Positions 1 to 10,068 of a stretch of DNA of 64,000 bases are shown here, piece after piece. How positions within the stretch are numbered: position 1 is the stretch's first letter; the number at the start of each line of letters is the position of its first letter. The notes beneath the pieces were generated by a model. The model saw nothing but the letters and a program-made list of their open reading frames with translations, ran no database searches and was not told the DNA's origin. Source of the stretch: a virus; the IMG/VR virus record IMGVR_UViG_3300035137_000026, positions 133,731 to 197,730 of that record; one strand, written 5' to 3'. Made by a program: the position numbers and the translations under genes.

Positions 1-189
1 ATGACATGCACTTAGGAAAGCAAAAGCAGAGTATCCAGCTCGCACACCGATTTCACATATACGCTTGGGTTTCAAACGCTTGGCAATGGCGTGCTTGTTT
101 CTGTAATAGTGTTCTACTTTAGGGTTTGTAGGGAAAGACTTTCTTTCGCCGTCCCACCACATTTCAGCCAATTCATTCCACCAATCCAT
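1..189 (-). CDS. Class I SAM-dependent methyltransferase, N-terminal part (runs off window)
   Basis: Manual translation from ATG at 189: MDWWNELAEMWWDGERKSFPTNPKVEHYYRNKHAIAKRLKPKRICEIGVRAGYSAFAFLSACH; ICEIGVRAGYS is a methyltransferase motif I-like sequence. Confidence 0.6.
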   Translation of the reverse strand, partial: MDWWNELAEMWWDGERKSFPTNPKVEHYYRNKHAIAKRLKPKRICEIGVRAGYSAFAFLSACH

Positions 190-199
190 TATGTTTTCC

Positions 200-1015
200 T
201 TACCACCATGAGAGGTTAACATACCCAACCTGTTCAAGTAGTTCTTTTAGTTCGTCATCCTGGTGCAGGCACTCATACTCTACTCCGAGTATCCGCTTCA
301 TGCCAGTAACATCTCCTGATAGTATCATGTTCTTGGCTTCATTAAAACCTTCCACCCCACGTTCTCTCTTGCATAGTAGAGTGCCATCCTCAGTAAGCCC
401 AATTGGCCTCCAATCGTAGACGAAATCTAGGCCAGGCTTCCTCAGTTTAAGCCCACAGTACTTAAATAGGTCGCTTGCCAAGTTAATCCGACCCTCTAGC
501 TCTTTGGCTGCATCTGTATCAACAGGGAATAGAAATCGGTTTTTGCAGGGTATTTTTAAGATATCTTTAAAGCGTGCAGCAACAGTTTGTGCTCTGTCTT
601 CTCGTATTGCTTGGTCTTCGTGCTGATAGTGTACCTTATACCTTGCATAGGTTCTCCAGATTAGGGTGTTAAGAGAAAGCATCGGATCTCGCATCGAAAT
701 TACTACTGGTATTTGGGATCTTTTGGTTTGTAGAGTAGTTACTAAGGGTGAACCAGGAGTGTCATGGTGACCATGCACCAGGATAACATCTTTCCCAGCT
801 TTTTCTTCTGGAGTTAGGAAACTTAAAGCTGTTTTCTGAATCCATGACTGGTCTACTACAGTACAGGGATTGTTCTCGAGCGAGAGTTTTCTGCCTCGGT
901 TTTCCATAAATCTCTCGCCTTTCCAAAAGAATTTGTCTGGCGGATAGTTACTTTGGATTAGTCGACACATAAACGTACCACCAGTGTGTGTGACGGTGTA
1001 GGCTATGGCTATCAT
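200..1015 (-). CDS. Sulfotransferase-like P-loop protein
   Basis: N-terminal THTGGTF (5'-PSB-like loop) and VISMRDPMLS (3'-PB-like RDP motif); paralog of 1739..2584. Confidence 0.55.
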   Translation of the reverse strand: MIAIAYTVTHTGGTFMCRLIQSNYPPDKFFWKGERFMENRGRKLSLENNPCTVVDQSWIQKTALSFLTPEEKAGKDVILVHGHHDTPGSPLVTTLQTKRSQIPVVISMRDPMLSLNTLIWRTYARYKVHYQHEDQAIREDRAQTVAARFKDILKIPCKNRFLFPVDTDAAKELEGRINLASDLFKYCGLKLRKPGLDFVYDWRPIGLTEDGTLLCKRERGVEGFNEAKNMILSGDVTGMKRILGVEYECLHQDDELKELLEQVGYVNLSWW

Positions 1016-1737
1016 GTGGTTTCTGCTCCTTTAATTTTACTGGTCAGCTGGTCGTATGATTGTTTGGCGTAGTGCTCCCATCCTGTCCAGACGATACCAT
1101 TCTTGTCCTGCCCACAATAATTCTGTGGTTCTTTTGCATCACAAGCAGTAAGCTCCATTTGTACAGTGGGCCAGCCAAGTATATGAGCAGCTTTTCGTGT
1201 GAAGTTAGCTAGCCTTTTGATTATGGTTCTGTCTTGTGCCCGAGAACACTCATAGCGAACCATGATCTTCTTGACATGGGAACCCCAGTTTTCGTTGACT
1301 CTCTTATCCATTTCAGCCAACATGTTTTCTAACTCTTTTGGATTTGGGCGCTTTATTCTCTTGGCCACGCCGAACTTTACCAGAAATCCTCCCTTAAGAC
1401 GGAAGGCATATCTCACCCCGTCACCCAGGTCATAGTACTGACTGGTGGCCTCGTGGAATGGGGACCATAAGAAAGTATCAATCTTCCTGGGTATTTTATA
1501 AGCAACTGGCCTCATCATCTTTAGCTGATCCGGGGACAGTTTGTCTGCATAAGGCATCGTGAATTTTTTGCCTGGCACAAACTTTTTGAGAAATAACTCT
1601 AGACCTGCTCCCATGGCGGTGTAGGTGTCGGGCGTCTTAGTGCTAATACAATCACACATGCTAAAGCGTTTGATGTGACCTAGGGTAGAACGTTGACGAC
1701 CCTTAACAGCTAACTGGATAAGTTCCTCGTTAGTCAT
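1012..1737 (-). CDS. Hypothetical protein
   Basis: 241-aa ORF, ATGA-coupled to 200..1015 and abutting 1739..2584. Confidence 0.6.
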   Translation of the reverse strand: MTNEELIQLAVKGRQRSTLGHIKRFSMCDCISTKTPDTYTAMGAGLELFLKKFVPGKKFTMPYADKLSPDQLKMMRPVAYKIPRKIDTFLWSPFHEATSQYYDLGDGVRYAFRLKGGFLVKFGVAKRIKRPNPKELENMLAEMDKRVNENWGSHVKKIMVRYECSRAQDRTIIKRLANFTRKAAHILGWPTVQMELTACDAKEPQNYCGQDKNGIVWTGWEHYAKQSYDQLTSKIKGAETT

Positions 1738-1738
1738 G

Positions 1739-2584
1739 TTACCACCATAGAAGATTGCTGTATCCAGCCTTGTCTAAAAGCTTCTTTAGAGGATCTTCCT
1801 TCTGCAGAAATTCAAATTCAAAGTTGCAGAATGCATTCTTCTGAATGTAGCTTACGTTGCCAGACTTGTACTCTCGTTTCATCTGCTCGAATTGGCTATA
1901 GGCCTTGTCTTGGCCTGCTCCAGAACTCTTCTCTTGGCTGGTGTTGATGGGCTTCCAATTGTTTACAAACTCTTGTGTTTGCTGGTTGTACTGTAGGCCA
2001 CAGTGTTTGTAGAGATCTTTGGCTAGCGACGTGCGCCCCTGGGTGGTCTTCGACAACTCTCCGTCTATAGGGAATAGCAACATTCTGGCAGGCGGCACGA
2101 CAAGTATATCCATAAAGGTTTGACAGATTCTTCTTGCTTCCTTGTGTCTTTGCTCTATCGGCCTTATATTGGGTAGTTTCCTACCGTATCCATACCAGCC
2201 CTGCCACGAACGAGTCATAATAGCTAGGAACGGGTCTCGTAGAGGAGACACAAATGATATATCGAGCGGATCGGCGTGATGTAGAATCTTCATTATTGGC
2301 TTGCCTCTGTGCCAGTGATGCCCCTTAATAAGAAGCAACTCTAAATTACTCCACATCTTAAATACTTTGTCATCGGGCTTTGCAGACTTCTTAATCAGTA
2401 TTCTGAGCTGATTACCACTAATAGGAGATTGGAAATTGTAGTCTTCATAGTTCATGCCATCATGATAGCGGTTGCCAAACCACATATCGTCAACTTGGCA
2501 CCACTTGTTTGTACTCTGCCGCTGTAGATCCATTACAAAGTGAGTGCCAGTGTGGGGTATTGTATACGTAAAGATTGTTTTCAT
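1739..2584 (-). CDS. Sulfotransferase-like P-loop protein
   Basis: IPHTGTHF and SPLRDPFLA motifs; shares C-terminal GYxNLxWW with 200..1015. Confidence 0.55.
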   Translation of the reverse strand: MKTIFTYTIPHTGTHFVMDLQRQSTNKWCQVDDMWFGNRYHDGMNYEDYNFQSPISGNQLRILIKKSAKPDDKVFKMWSNLELLLIKGHHWHRGKPIMKILHHADPLDISFVSPLRDPFLAIMTRSWQGWYGYGRKLPNIRPIEQRHKEARRICQTFMDILVVPPARMLLFPIDGELSKTTQGRTSLAKDLYKHCGLQYNQQTQEFVNNWKPINTSQEKSSGAGQDKAYSQFEQMKREYKSGNVSYIQKNAFCNFEFEFLQKEDPLKKLLDKAGYSNLLWW

Positions 2585-3471
2585 TGACCCATTAAATCCT
2601 GTAACTTTTTAACAACCTCAGCAGTTTCTAGCTCTTGAAACTTGTGTGGTGGAAGTTCATAAGCGTGAGTCCACTTTTCTTCATATGCCCAGTTTCCTGT
2701 CTCTCCTCCGTGCTGCATGACACTTCGTTGGTTGCCATGCTCGTCACGGGTAGGATAGAAGTATACAGATGGTACACTATTTGTCCACGCCGCAGATAGC
2801 ATGCTACTGTGCGCACCAATAAATCCCGCTGCCTCTCTAACGATAGCAGCTCCAAGACGTAAAGATGTTAGGTTAATCATATTGTGGATTTTGGGGCCAG
2901 ATACATCAAGCACCTCGTCCTGACAACGAATACCCATGCGTCCCCGTTCTGAGTGTCCCAGGATAACAACTGGAGTTCCTAGTCGTTGAAGCTCTTCTAT
3001 TACTTCAATATACTTAAAGTCTGGGAAACACTTGTACTTCCCGTCCTTAGGATGTGGTCGACAGCCTCTATGTGGAAGACCAGCAAATGGGTGAATAACA
3101 ACATATGGCTCTTGTCTTATCTCGTCTAGAATCTTAGTCTCTGTTGGAGACAGATATAGCTTGTTTAGACTTGGTTTAATTTGGTTGTTAGAAGCATATT
3201 TTTTTATGTCTTCTGTTAAAACCATTTGCTTCCACATCCGTTCGTCCGGATGCCCAGGCGGCTTCCAGTCATGAGTAAGAATTGCATCGATATGGGGATT
3301 GAGTTCGATCAACTCTCTTGCTGTAGAAGAATGACATGTGATTATGGCTATAATTTTGATGTCTTTATCATGCTTCTTTACGTTCTCGACTAGTTTCCAC
3401 TGAGGCTTCTTGAAGTATGTGTATATAAAGTCTCCGACTCCCCCTCCTGCTCGTACATGTAATATGGTCAT
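2581..3471 (-). CDS. Glycosyltransferase family 9 (heptosyltransferase-like)
   Basis: GGGVGDFIY start, YVVIHPFAG, GFIGAHSSMLSAA (variant of the DSG..H motif). Confidence 0.7.
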   Translation of the reverse strand: MTILHVRAGGGVGDFIYTYFKKPQWKLVENVKKHDKDIKIIAIITCHSSTARELIELNPHIDAILTHDWKPPGHPDERMWKQMVLTEDIKKYASNNQIKPSLNKLYLSPTETKILDEIRQEPYVVIHPFAGLPHRGCRPHPKDGKYKCFPDFKYIEVIEELQRLGTPVVILGHSERGRMGIRCQDEVLDVSGPKIHNMINLTSLRLGAAIVREAAGFIGAHSSMLSAAWTNSVPSVYFYPTRDEHGNQRSVMQHGGETGNWAYEEKWTHAYELPPHKFQELETAEVVKKLQDLMGQ

Positions 3472-3473
3472 GC

Positions 3474-5453
3474 CTATCTCCTAAATTTCTTCTTGACTAC
3501 TTCGGCAACCTGCTTAGCTCTTATGGCTAACATGCATTTAGAGTGTCCTCGAATTGTGTTTAGCTGCTTACAGGGTATTCTACTGTTTCTCCAGCAAGGA
3601 ATACAGTCCATATCTGATTTTATCACAGTCACATTATCGTAGCCCTTACATCGAGGCCTATAGTCTATAGGACCAAATAGAGCTATGGTGGGTATGTTTA
3701 GGGCCGCTCCGAAGTGAAGGAGGCTGGTGTCCACAGTAATGAGTCCATCGCACTGCTCAAGAATCGCTATGGATTTCTGGAGTGGGAAGCCACAGGCATC
3801 AATCACGTTTTTGAAAACGTGTTCTCTTGAGTGATCAATTAATATTAGCTCAAAGTGTGGACCCAGCAACTCAGATAGCTGGTGGAAGTACTTCTCAGGC
3901 CAGTTGCGATACATTTCGGCGCTTCGCAGCCCGACAGCTATCTTTGGCTTATTAGAGGATACCGTCTTTGCAATGAAGTCTTTTGCCCACTGTCTATGGT
4001 CATCGTGTACTATATATTTAGGCTTTAGTTCATGTACGATTTCTCTGACTCCAGCTGCTTCAGCGTATATCTCAACACGACTTTTCTGTACATCCTTGCC
4101 TGCAGCCACCCTAGCAGATTCGTATCTGGCACATGGCGATGATAGATCAATAATGGCGTAGTATCTTTTGGGATTGATATGTGCATCCGCATCTATTAGC
4201 CTATGAACACTAGGGTTATTTTGCAGAACAGGCCATAGTTTACTCTGGCAAGCGACCTCAATGCGTTTGTCTGGATGCTTTTCCTTGATAGCCTCGAGCG
4301 TGGGCGTAACCATTAACATATCACCAATACCGTCTGTAATTCGCCGCACCAGAATGACAGGGTCCTGATTCTTATCAGTAAGATCTTTGCCGTATGTTAT
4401 GTGTGCGGCCGTTATGTAGTTACTAGTAATTTTCCTTCTGATTGCTACTTTCACATCTTCTGGTGTTACACCAGTGAGGCACGCAAACTTATTACCCTGG
4501 CTCTTGGTGCATCGTGGGCTGTACCAACAGAACTGGCACGGGAGCTTCTTTAACAACACGGTGCAGTTGGAGTAGTAGTTGCATCTGCTCTCTGGGGGCA
4601 CAGGACCAAAAATTGCAATGATTTTCTTTTGGAGTGCGCCGGCCAAATGAAGCATGCCGCTATCAGGACAGACAGTTACCTCACAGCAATCCATGATGGC
4701 CGCAACCTCCGTGAGCTTGTGATCTGCTATTATAGTTACGTTACTCTTCTTGTGTCTCTCCCATCTCTCGACAGTGTTACCCCAGTCGAATAGAAAGACA
4801 TGTAAGTCATCGTCTTCAGCCAACAAGTCTATTAGGGTGCCGATGTGATTGAGTGGCCATGTACGTCTGGCATCGTTGCTGCGAGCCTGGATGGCAATTA
4901 GAGTTTTTTGGCCTTTTACATGTTTCTTGATAAACCTGTCGGCCCACTTCCGTTCTTCCTTCTCAATAATGTAGATTGGAATAGGATCTGCAGATACATC
5001 TATGCCTACGGCATTAGCAAACATGTCTATTCTGTTAGGTGGTATAGTTCCAGGCTTCTCTTGGTCTAATCCAGTGGAGGTGATGTCTACAACATAATCG
5101 TATTCTGGGTCTCGAGCATCATGAAAAGGTATCAGCGTGTCTACATACGGATTATGTCTAATGATGTCAGCCAGTGCCCCCTGCGAGTACTTCATGTCAG
5201 TAGCATAGGTAATGTGACACTGTGGGATAACCATCTTAATAGCCTTAGTTATTGGCGTTGTCATGAGAACATCGCCAATACCACCCAACCTACGCTTCAA
5301 GCAGATTCGTGGGCTCACAGATCGCCTAAGCCTGCTGATCTTAATACGAGTTCCTTCGACCTTCTTCTTTGAGCTGGCGTTGACAACTCTAGCTGGCCTT
5401 GGGGATCTCCTATGTTTTGGGGTTATTACTCCATGCTTCATTTTGTTGGCCAT
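3474..5453 (-). CDS. Tandem double-domain GT9 glycosyltransferase
   Basis: Two complete GT9 units: RRLGGIGDVLMTTP...DSGMLHLAGAL...LFGP and RRITDGIGDMLMVTP...DTSLLHFGAAL...LFGP, each ending in a Cys-rich CxxC..C..C segment. Confidence 0.88.
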   Translation of the reverse strand: MANKMKHGVITPKHRRSPRPARVVNASSKKKVEGTRIKISRLRRSVSPRICLKRRLGGIGDVLMTTPITKAIKMVIPQCHITYATDMKYSQGALADIIRHNPYVDTLIPFHDARDPEYDYVVDITSTGLDQEKPGTIPPNRIDMFANAVGIDVSADPIPIYIIEKEERKWADRFIKKHVKGQKTLIAIQARSNDARRTWPLNHIGTLIDLLAEDDDLHVFLFDWGNTVERWERHKKSNVTIIADHKLTEVAAIMDCCEVTVCPDSGMLHLAGALQKKIIAIFGPVPPESRCNYYSNCTVLLKKLPCQFCWYSPRCTKSQGNKFACLTGVTPEDVKVAIRRKITSNYITAAHITYGKDLTDKNQDPVILVRRITDGIGDMLMVTPTLEAIKEKHPDKRIEVACQSKLWPVLQNNPSVHRLIDADAHINPKRYYAIIDLSSPCARYESARVAAGKDVQKSRVEIYAEAAGVREIVHELKPKYIVHDDHRQWAKDFIAKTVSSNKPKIAVGLRSAEMYRNWPEKYFHQLSELLGPHFELILIDHSREHVFKNVIDACGFPLQKSIAILEQCDGLITVDTSLLHFGAALNIPTIALFGPIDYRPRCKGYDNVTVIKSDMDCIPCWRNSRIPCKQLNTIRGHSKCMLAIRAKQVAEVVKKKFRR

Positions 5454-5465
5454 GCAGAGCCTCTG

Positions 5466-6047
5466 TTAGGTGGTTTTGATGAACTCGAAATTAATTGATG
5501 GCTTGAAGTTCTCGTCGTCGAAATACTCCGCCTCTGTAGTACCAAAGACCTCGCCGGTAGCATGAAAGCTGCCAGGCTCTGCATTGTGGACTGTATAAAC
5601 AAGGTGGGTTACGAGCATAGTCTTGTCAGCTAGAATTTCACCAATCTTGTCACCTAGTTCTGTGTGGAATCTAGGTTCGTCAGAATTCAGCATCCGTGTC
5701 CGAATGTTGTCAACTCTACGCTGGCTTGGATAGTCGCCCAACTTGATTTCCATTCGGAAGATGTTGGGGCGGCTTCTCATGAGAGTCTTGCAGTACTGCT
5801 GTGCTCTCTCTAGGCTCATGCTGCGGATGTCAGTAATGCCTGCCATTGGTGGCGGACTGGCTGGGTCCATATCGTAATAGTCATATGTAACCCTCATGCG
5901 CTGAACACCTTTGCCACTAGCATTAATAGCCTTGACAATGCTGCTCTGATCTTTGGCATACTCGGCAACTTCCTGATGTGTGGGGTTCCGGCCGAAAAGA
6001 CCAGACGATGGATTTCTTACTGCATTGGGATCGAACTCTTTAGTCAT
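5466..6047 (-). CDS. Hypothetical protein
   Basis: 193-aa ORF in operon-like packing. Confidence 0.6.
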   Translation of the reverse strand: MTKEFDPNAVRNPSSGLFGRNPTHQEVAEYAKDQSSIVKAINASGKGVQRMRVTYDYYDMDPASPPPMAGITDIRSMSLERAQQYCKTLMRSRPNIFRMEIKLGDYPSQRRVDNIRTRMLNSDEPRFHTELGDKIGEILADKTMLVTHLVYTVHNAEPGSFHATGEVFGTTEAEYFDDENFKPSINFEFIKTT

Positions 6048-6625
6048 TTTTGACTCCTCCAGTTTAATGTCTCTTGCAAGTCAGACAGCATCGTAGCAAC
6101 TGTTCTTCTGTCTATTTTTAGTAACTTAGCAAGTCCTTGAGCTGTGAGCTGCCTCTGATCAGCTGCAAGTATCATATATATAAGATATTTTTCGCTTCTT
6201 GTAAAGCATTTTCCTACATATCTGTCTTCCCATAGGATATTTGGGACGGTCCAATAGAACTCCTCATCCAGGGCATACTCACCACCAGTATCAACGAGAC
6301 CACTAGGCTCCTCTAATGGACACATGTACTTTTCAACTCTGGAGAGCATGTCGGCTACCCGTCTAGGTATCTGAGCCTCTAGGTAAGGCACAATAGAACT
6401 AGTATACTTCTTGTGCTCTCTAAACAGCTGTTCACAAAGCATAAACAACTCTGATTCAGCTTCAGCTGCCAGCAACCCCTTCTTCATGAGAGACCTCTTA
6501 GCCCAGCCTAACAGAGGCCTAAGCAATATATAGAATGCATAGACCCTGTCCTGCTGGCTAGTCTCAGGAGTGTAGAATATGGCTCTCTCGTATTTACGAA
6601 AGAGGTGTTTGCGGCGTAGCTTCAT
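6044..6625 (-). CDS. Putative sigma-factor-like / C-terminal HTH protein
   Basis: C-terminal LTAQGLAKLLKIDRRTVATMLSDL resembles an HTH; overall helical. Confidence 0.4.
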   Translation of the reverse strand: MKLRRKHLFRKYERAIFYTPETSQQDRVYAFYILLRPLLGWAKRSLMKKGLLAAEAESELFMLCEQLFREHKKYTSSIVPYLEAQIPRRVADMLSRVEKYMCPLEEPSGLVDTGGEYALDEEFYWTVPNILWEDRYVGKCFTRSEKYLIYMILAADQRQLTAQGLAKLLKIDRRTVATMLSDLQETLNWRSQK

Positions 6626-9432
6626 TCGACTACTGATGGGCCGATCGCTGGATGTTGGTACTCCGGAAGGAATCTCTCGGCGTGGCCGTCATACATAGCT
6701 GGCAATCTGTCGTTGAAGGCTCTTAAGATCTCTAGAGCACAGCCTCTGATGATTGGGTGAGCTGGCTTATCACATCTCATATTGAAAACGTGCATCCACT
6801 CTCTTAGGTTGGCGGATATAACAATCTCAGACTTAAGACCAATAGGTAACACGGATCTAGCAATCTGAGCCTTGACACCCATGTCGATAAGCTTCATGTA
6901 GTGCTGCTCACAGTGGCGCATGGCAGCTTCCCACTCGTCTTGCTGCTCGGGTGTCATACCAGGCTGCTTAACAACTGTAATCTCAGCATCGAACTTGCCT
7001 CTGGAGTAATTACAATACCTTGTAGACTCCTGTGCAAAGCTAGCAATCCTGTGACGTACTAGCTCGTGAGTGTTTCCAGACCAAAATGCTTTGCCATTTC
7101 GTCTAACATATAGTGTCCCATTGGGGACTGTAACGCAACGAATCTTGCCCTTGTAATGTTTCTTAGACCAGTGTTTCTTATTAAATAGATGTTCGTTAGT
7201 CCTATCGGTTACAGACACAATGTACTGGATTACTTTGTTGGTGATGGTATTCCCATTCTTCATTTCTCGTGACTGGCCTCGCCTGTCGTCGGTTCTTATA
7301 GAGGCACATCGCCCACCCTTCATAAATAGCTCTTGTAGGTCCCCAGCAAATCCATAGCTAGCTGTATATACAACAGTATGGCCGTTCTCTTTATGAATGT
7401 TACCGTCTCCAGCCACGACGCCTTCCAAGAATGCTCTAATGTAGTTTGAGTTAGCATGTTTAATCCAGGTTGGACATCTGCCAGTATATGTTTTCTTCTG
7501 GTCTCTAGGGAACCACTTTCTAAGAAACTTATATAGCTCAGTGTTGTTTATTCGAAAACCGTCAGGTTTCTCTTGAAACTTCCATCCTAATCCGCTTAGT
7601 ACTTTCTTAATATATCGTCTTCCAGATTCTTTAGTCTGCGAGATAGTTACTCGTCCACCAGTGTCTTTACTCTTCCATAATGAACCATCAGTGATCCATA
7701 TACCCATAAATCTAGCAAAGTCTAGTTTGTGTATTTGTGGAAAGAGATAAGCATATGGAGAGTCTTTACGAAAGCAGTTCTCCCCTATGTCTCGGAATAG
7801 CCCTCTAAGAAATTTTACCCGCCGCCCATAGATCTCTTCTGCTCTACTAATTTTCCAATTTTTGTCTTTCCTTGAATCGTAGTGAAACCAGAACATTCTG
7901 TGATTCGGAGTAACTGCAAAGTCTACAATGGTAGACTTGCCGTAGATAAGTTCGCCATCCCAATCTTCTTCTGTATAATCTAATCTTTTCTGGTACTCTG
8001 CGCCTTCTGTCTCAGTATTCATTGTTAAAAACAAATCATCATCTGTTGTGTCTTCAAATTTCTTCCAGCCATCATAGGTTAGGACTTCTGTCTGATCGTC
8101 ATAACATAGTCCTCGGTCGGCGCTAATACGAGCTGAGGCCATTGCATGCTCAAGCATCGCATGGTGGCCCCTGTCCCTAAGCATCCTAATGAACTTAGGA
8201 GCAGACTCCTCTGTGATCTTGTCCTCTGACTTATAACAGTTTCCGATCCACATCGACTTTCCATTATCTCTGATGCAGATGATACCATTGTCAGTAGAGG
8301 GGCAATACACCTTGCCACTATACTCTTCTTCAATCAACTGGTCTGGCTTAATGATCCAAGAATCTCGTTGGGATTCTTCAGCATAATATATCCCATTACA
8401 GTTTCTCCAGTGTTCTGAATCCATGAACCCAACTGATGCGTTCTTTCCTGTTAGTATCCATAATTCCTGAACTTGATCGACTAGGGCCTTGTTGATTGAC
8501 AGATATCTTTCCGTCCTCGTTGTATTTCCAGAACCGTCACCCATATATAGAATGTCTAGAAAATAACTGATCATTTCAGAAGATAGCTCCCTAACCAAGT
8601 TTGGTATCCTCTTATTCTCAGAATAGCGACCACAATGTTCTTCGACCCACTCTACAAAAGGTCTACCCTCCCAGATTCTAAAAGTATGGATGTGTAATCT
8701 CCTAGAATCTGGTATCACTGAGAACTGGAGACCTAGTTCGATTAAGGCTTCTTCTATCTTATAATACAGCTGTTCGTGTATACTCTGTGTAATTCCAATG
8801 TAAGATCCAGACCCTTTTGGCTTTCCGATGTGGCCTTCGGCAATGTAGGCTGCAAGAATAGTTAGGAAATCTTGATTAACTTCATATGTCTTGCCTTTAA
8901 TAGTTGTCTCATGTGATGGGTTTCTAGAGACGTATTTATAGTCATTTGTCTGAATATATTTTGTACAATTGTCTTCTCGTTGCAGTATGCTATCCTTGAA
9001 ATATTTTGGAACCCACCATCCGTAATTGCGCTTATCATCTTTTAAACAACGTGCTTCCACAAAGCCATATGGCTTAATAGTATCCTGGTGATGTGCCTTG
9101 CATGCAAACATTCTATGGTCGGGCGTTACTCTAAATTTAATATTTCTATGTCTTGAAGATAGCAAGCTCCCGCTAAAATCTTTTGCTACCATCTTTGATG
9201 GTTGGTATTGGAGCTGTTTCGTGTCACTGTTAAAGGTCAGCACTTTGTTAGTCGGCTCTATGGCTGAAGCTTCCTTCCATCCTTCGTCTGTTAGTATTTC
9301 AGTGTCCGGATGCAGGCACGTGCGCCCAACTCTCTCCAGCCACTGCTCTATAGTGGCGTATCCCTCTGGAATGTGGAATACAATCTCATCAACCTTTGGT
9401 TCTGCTACTCTCATTTTGAACTCCATACCCAT
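6622..9432 (-). CDS. thyX: Flavin-dependent thymidylate synthase ThyX precursor with two inteins (mature about 231 aa)
   Basis: Exteins rejoin to ERVGRT|CYKSEDK...GHHAMLEH...DRGL|THELVRHRIASFAQESTRY, containing the RHRx7S ThyX motif. Confidence 0.95.
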   Translation of the reverse strand: MGMEFKMRVAEPKVDEIVFHIPEGYATIEQWLERVGRTCLHPDTEILTDEGWKEASAIEPTNKVLTFNSDTKQLQYQPSKMVAKDFSGSLLSSRHRNIKFRVTPDHRMFACKAHHQDTIKPYGFVEARCLKDDKRNYGWWVPKYFKDSILQREDNCTKYIQTNDYKYVSRNPSHETTIKGKTYEVNQDFLTILAAYIAEGHIGKPKGSGSYIGITQSIHEQLYYKIEEALIELGLQFSVIPDSRRLHIHTFRIWEGRPFVEWVEEHCGRYSENKRIPNLVRELSSEMISYFLDILYMGDGSGNTTRTERYLSINKALVDQVQELWILTGKNASVGFMDSEHWRNCNGIYYAEESQRDSWIIKPDQLIEEEYSGKVYCPSTDNGIICIRDNGKSMWIGNCYKSEDKITEESAPKFIRMLRDRGHHAMLEHAMASARISADRGLCYDDQTEVLTYDGWKKFEDTTDDDLFLTMNTETEGAEYQKRLDYTEEDWDGELIYGKSTIVDFAVTPNHRMFWFHYDSRKDKNWKISRAEEIYGRRVKFLRGLFRDIGENCFRKDSPYAYLFPQIHKLDFARFMGIWITDGSLWKSKDTGGRVTISQTKESGRRYIKKVLSGLGWKFQEKPDGFRINNTELYKFLRKWFPRDQKKTYTGRCPTWIKHANSNYIRAFLEGVVAGDGNIHKENGHTVVYTASYGFAGDLQELFMKGGRCASIRTDDRRGQSREMKNGNTITNKVIQYIVSVTDRTNEHLFNKKHWSKKHYKGKIRCVTVPNGTLYVRRNGKAFWSGNTHELVRHRIASFAQESTRYCNYSRGKFDAEITVVKQPGMTPEQQDEWEAAMRHCEQHYMKLIDMGVKAQIARSVLPIGLKSEIVISANLREWMHVFNMRCDKPAHPIIRGCALEILRAFNDRLPAMYDGHAERFLPEYQHPAIGPSVVE
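7072..8106 (-). mobile_element. Intein 2 of ThyX (345 aa, LAGLIDADG type)
   Basis: Begins CYDDQTEVLT, VTPNHRM, motifs MGIWITDG and LEGVVAGDG, ends FWSGN followed by Thr. Confidence 0.93.
8239..9318 (-). mobile_element. Intein 1 of ThyX (360 aa, LAGLIDADG type)
   Basis: Begins CLHPDTEILT, block B VTPDHRM, motifs LAAYIAEG and LDILYMGDG, ends WIGN followed by Cys. Confidence 0.93.
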
Positions 9433-9457
9433 GCTCTATGGTGCTCTGATTTGCTCA

Positions 9458-10063
9458 TTATTCCCAACCTCTGATTTTGTCTGCATACTTCTTAGTTAGC
9501 TCGTCGTAGAAGAGGTACTTGAAGCCTTGTTTCTCGCAGAACTCAATATCCTTCTTCTTATACTTGTTATAGATGATAATGATAGTCTTTGCTGCATCAT
9601 CGGGATAACACTTCTTGAAGCGTCTGAGTTTGTTCCGGCTGCGGGCATCCATATATCCCTTAACCTCTACCCAGCCCTGCTCTAATCCATCGGGTAGCTT
9701 CTTTCTGCCACGTATCTCAAAGTCCATTACATATACATGAGGTTTGGTCTTGTACCCCTCAAATGTAAAGGCCCGCTCCTCATACTTCCAGGGCACTCCT
9801 AAGTGCTGGAGTATCCTTGCGAAGTTTGCCTCTGTGGCCGACTTGAAGGAGTATGCGGGATGTACATCTTTCCGTACACCCTTCTTTGTCCGTGCAAAGT
9901 TGGCAGCCACAGTCTTGATTGTCTTAGACCCACGGCTGGACTTCGCTGTTTTCTTGTCACCACAATCTACACAGACAATCTTCATTGCCATCTTGTAGCC
10001 ATCGCCCAAGTAAAACAATTCCTTGCCGCATACACTACAGCAAACAATTCTACTTCCTACCAT
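9458..10063 (-). CDS. PD-(D/E)xK endonuclease, T7 endonuclease I-like (resolvase candidate)
   Basis: FKSATEANFA...WKYE...YVMDF...VEVKG pattern plus N-terminal CxxC pairs. Confidence 0.7.
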   Translation of the reverse strand: MVGSRIVCCSVCGKELFYLGDGYKMAMKIVCVDCGDKKTAKSSRGSKTIKTVAANFARTKKGVRKDVHPAYSFKSATEANFARILQHLGVPWKYEERAFTFEGYKTKPHVYVMDFEIRGRKKLPDGLEQGWVEVKGYMDARSRNKLRRFKKCYPDDAAKTIIIIYNKYKKKDIEFCEKQGFKYLFYDELTKKYADKIRGWE

Positions 10064-10068
10064 TTACA

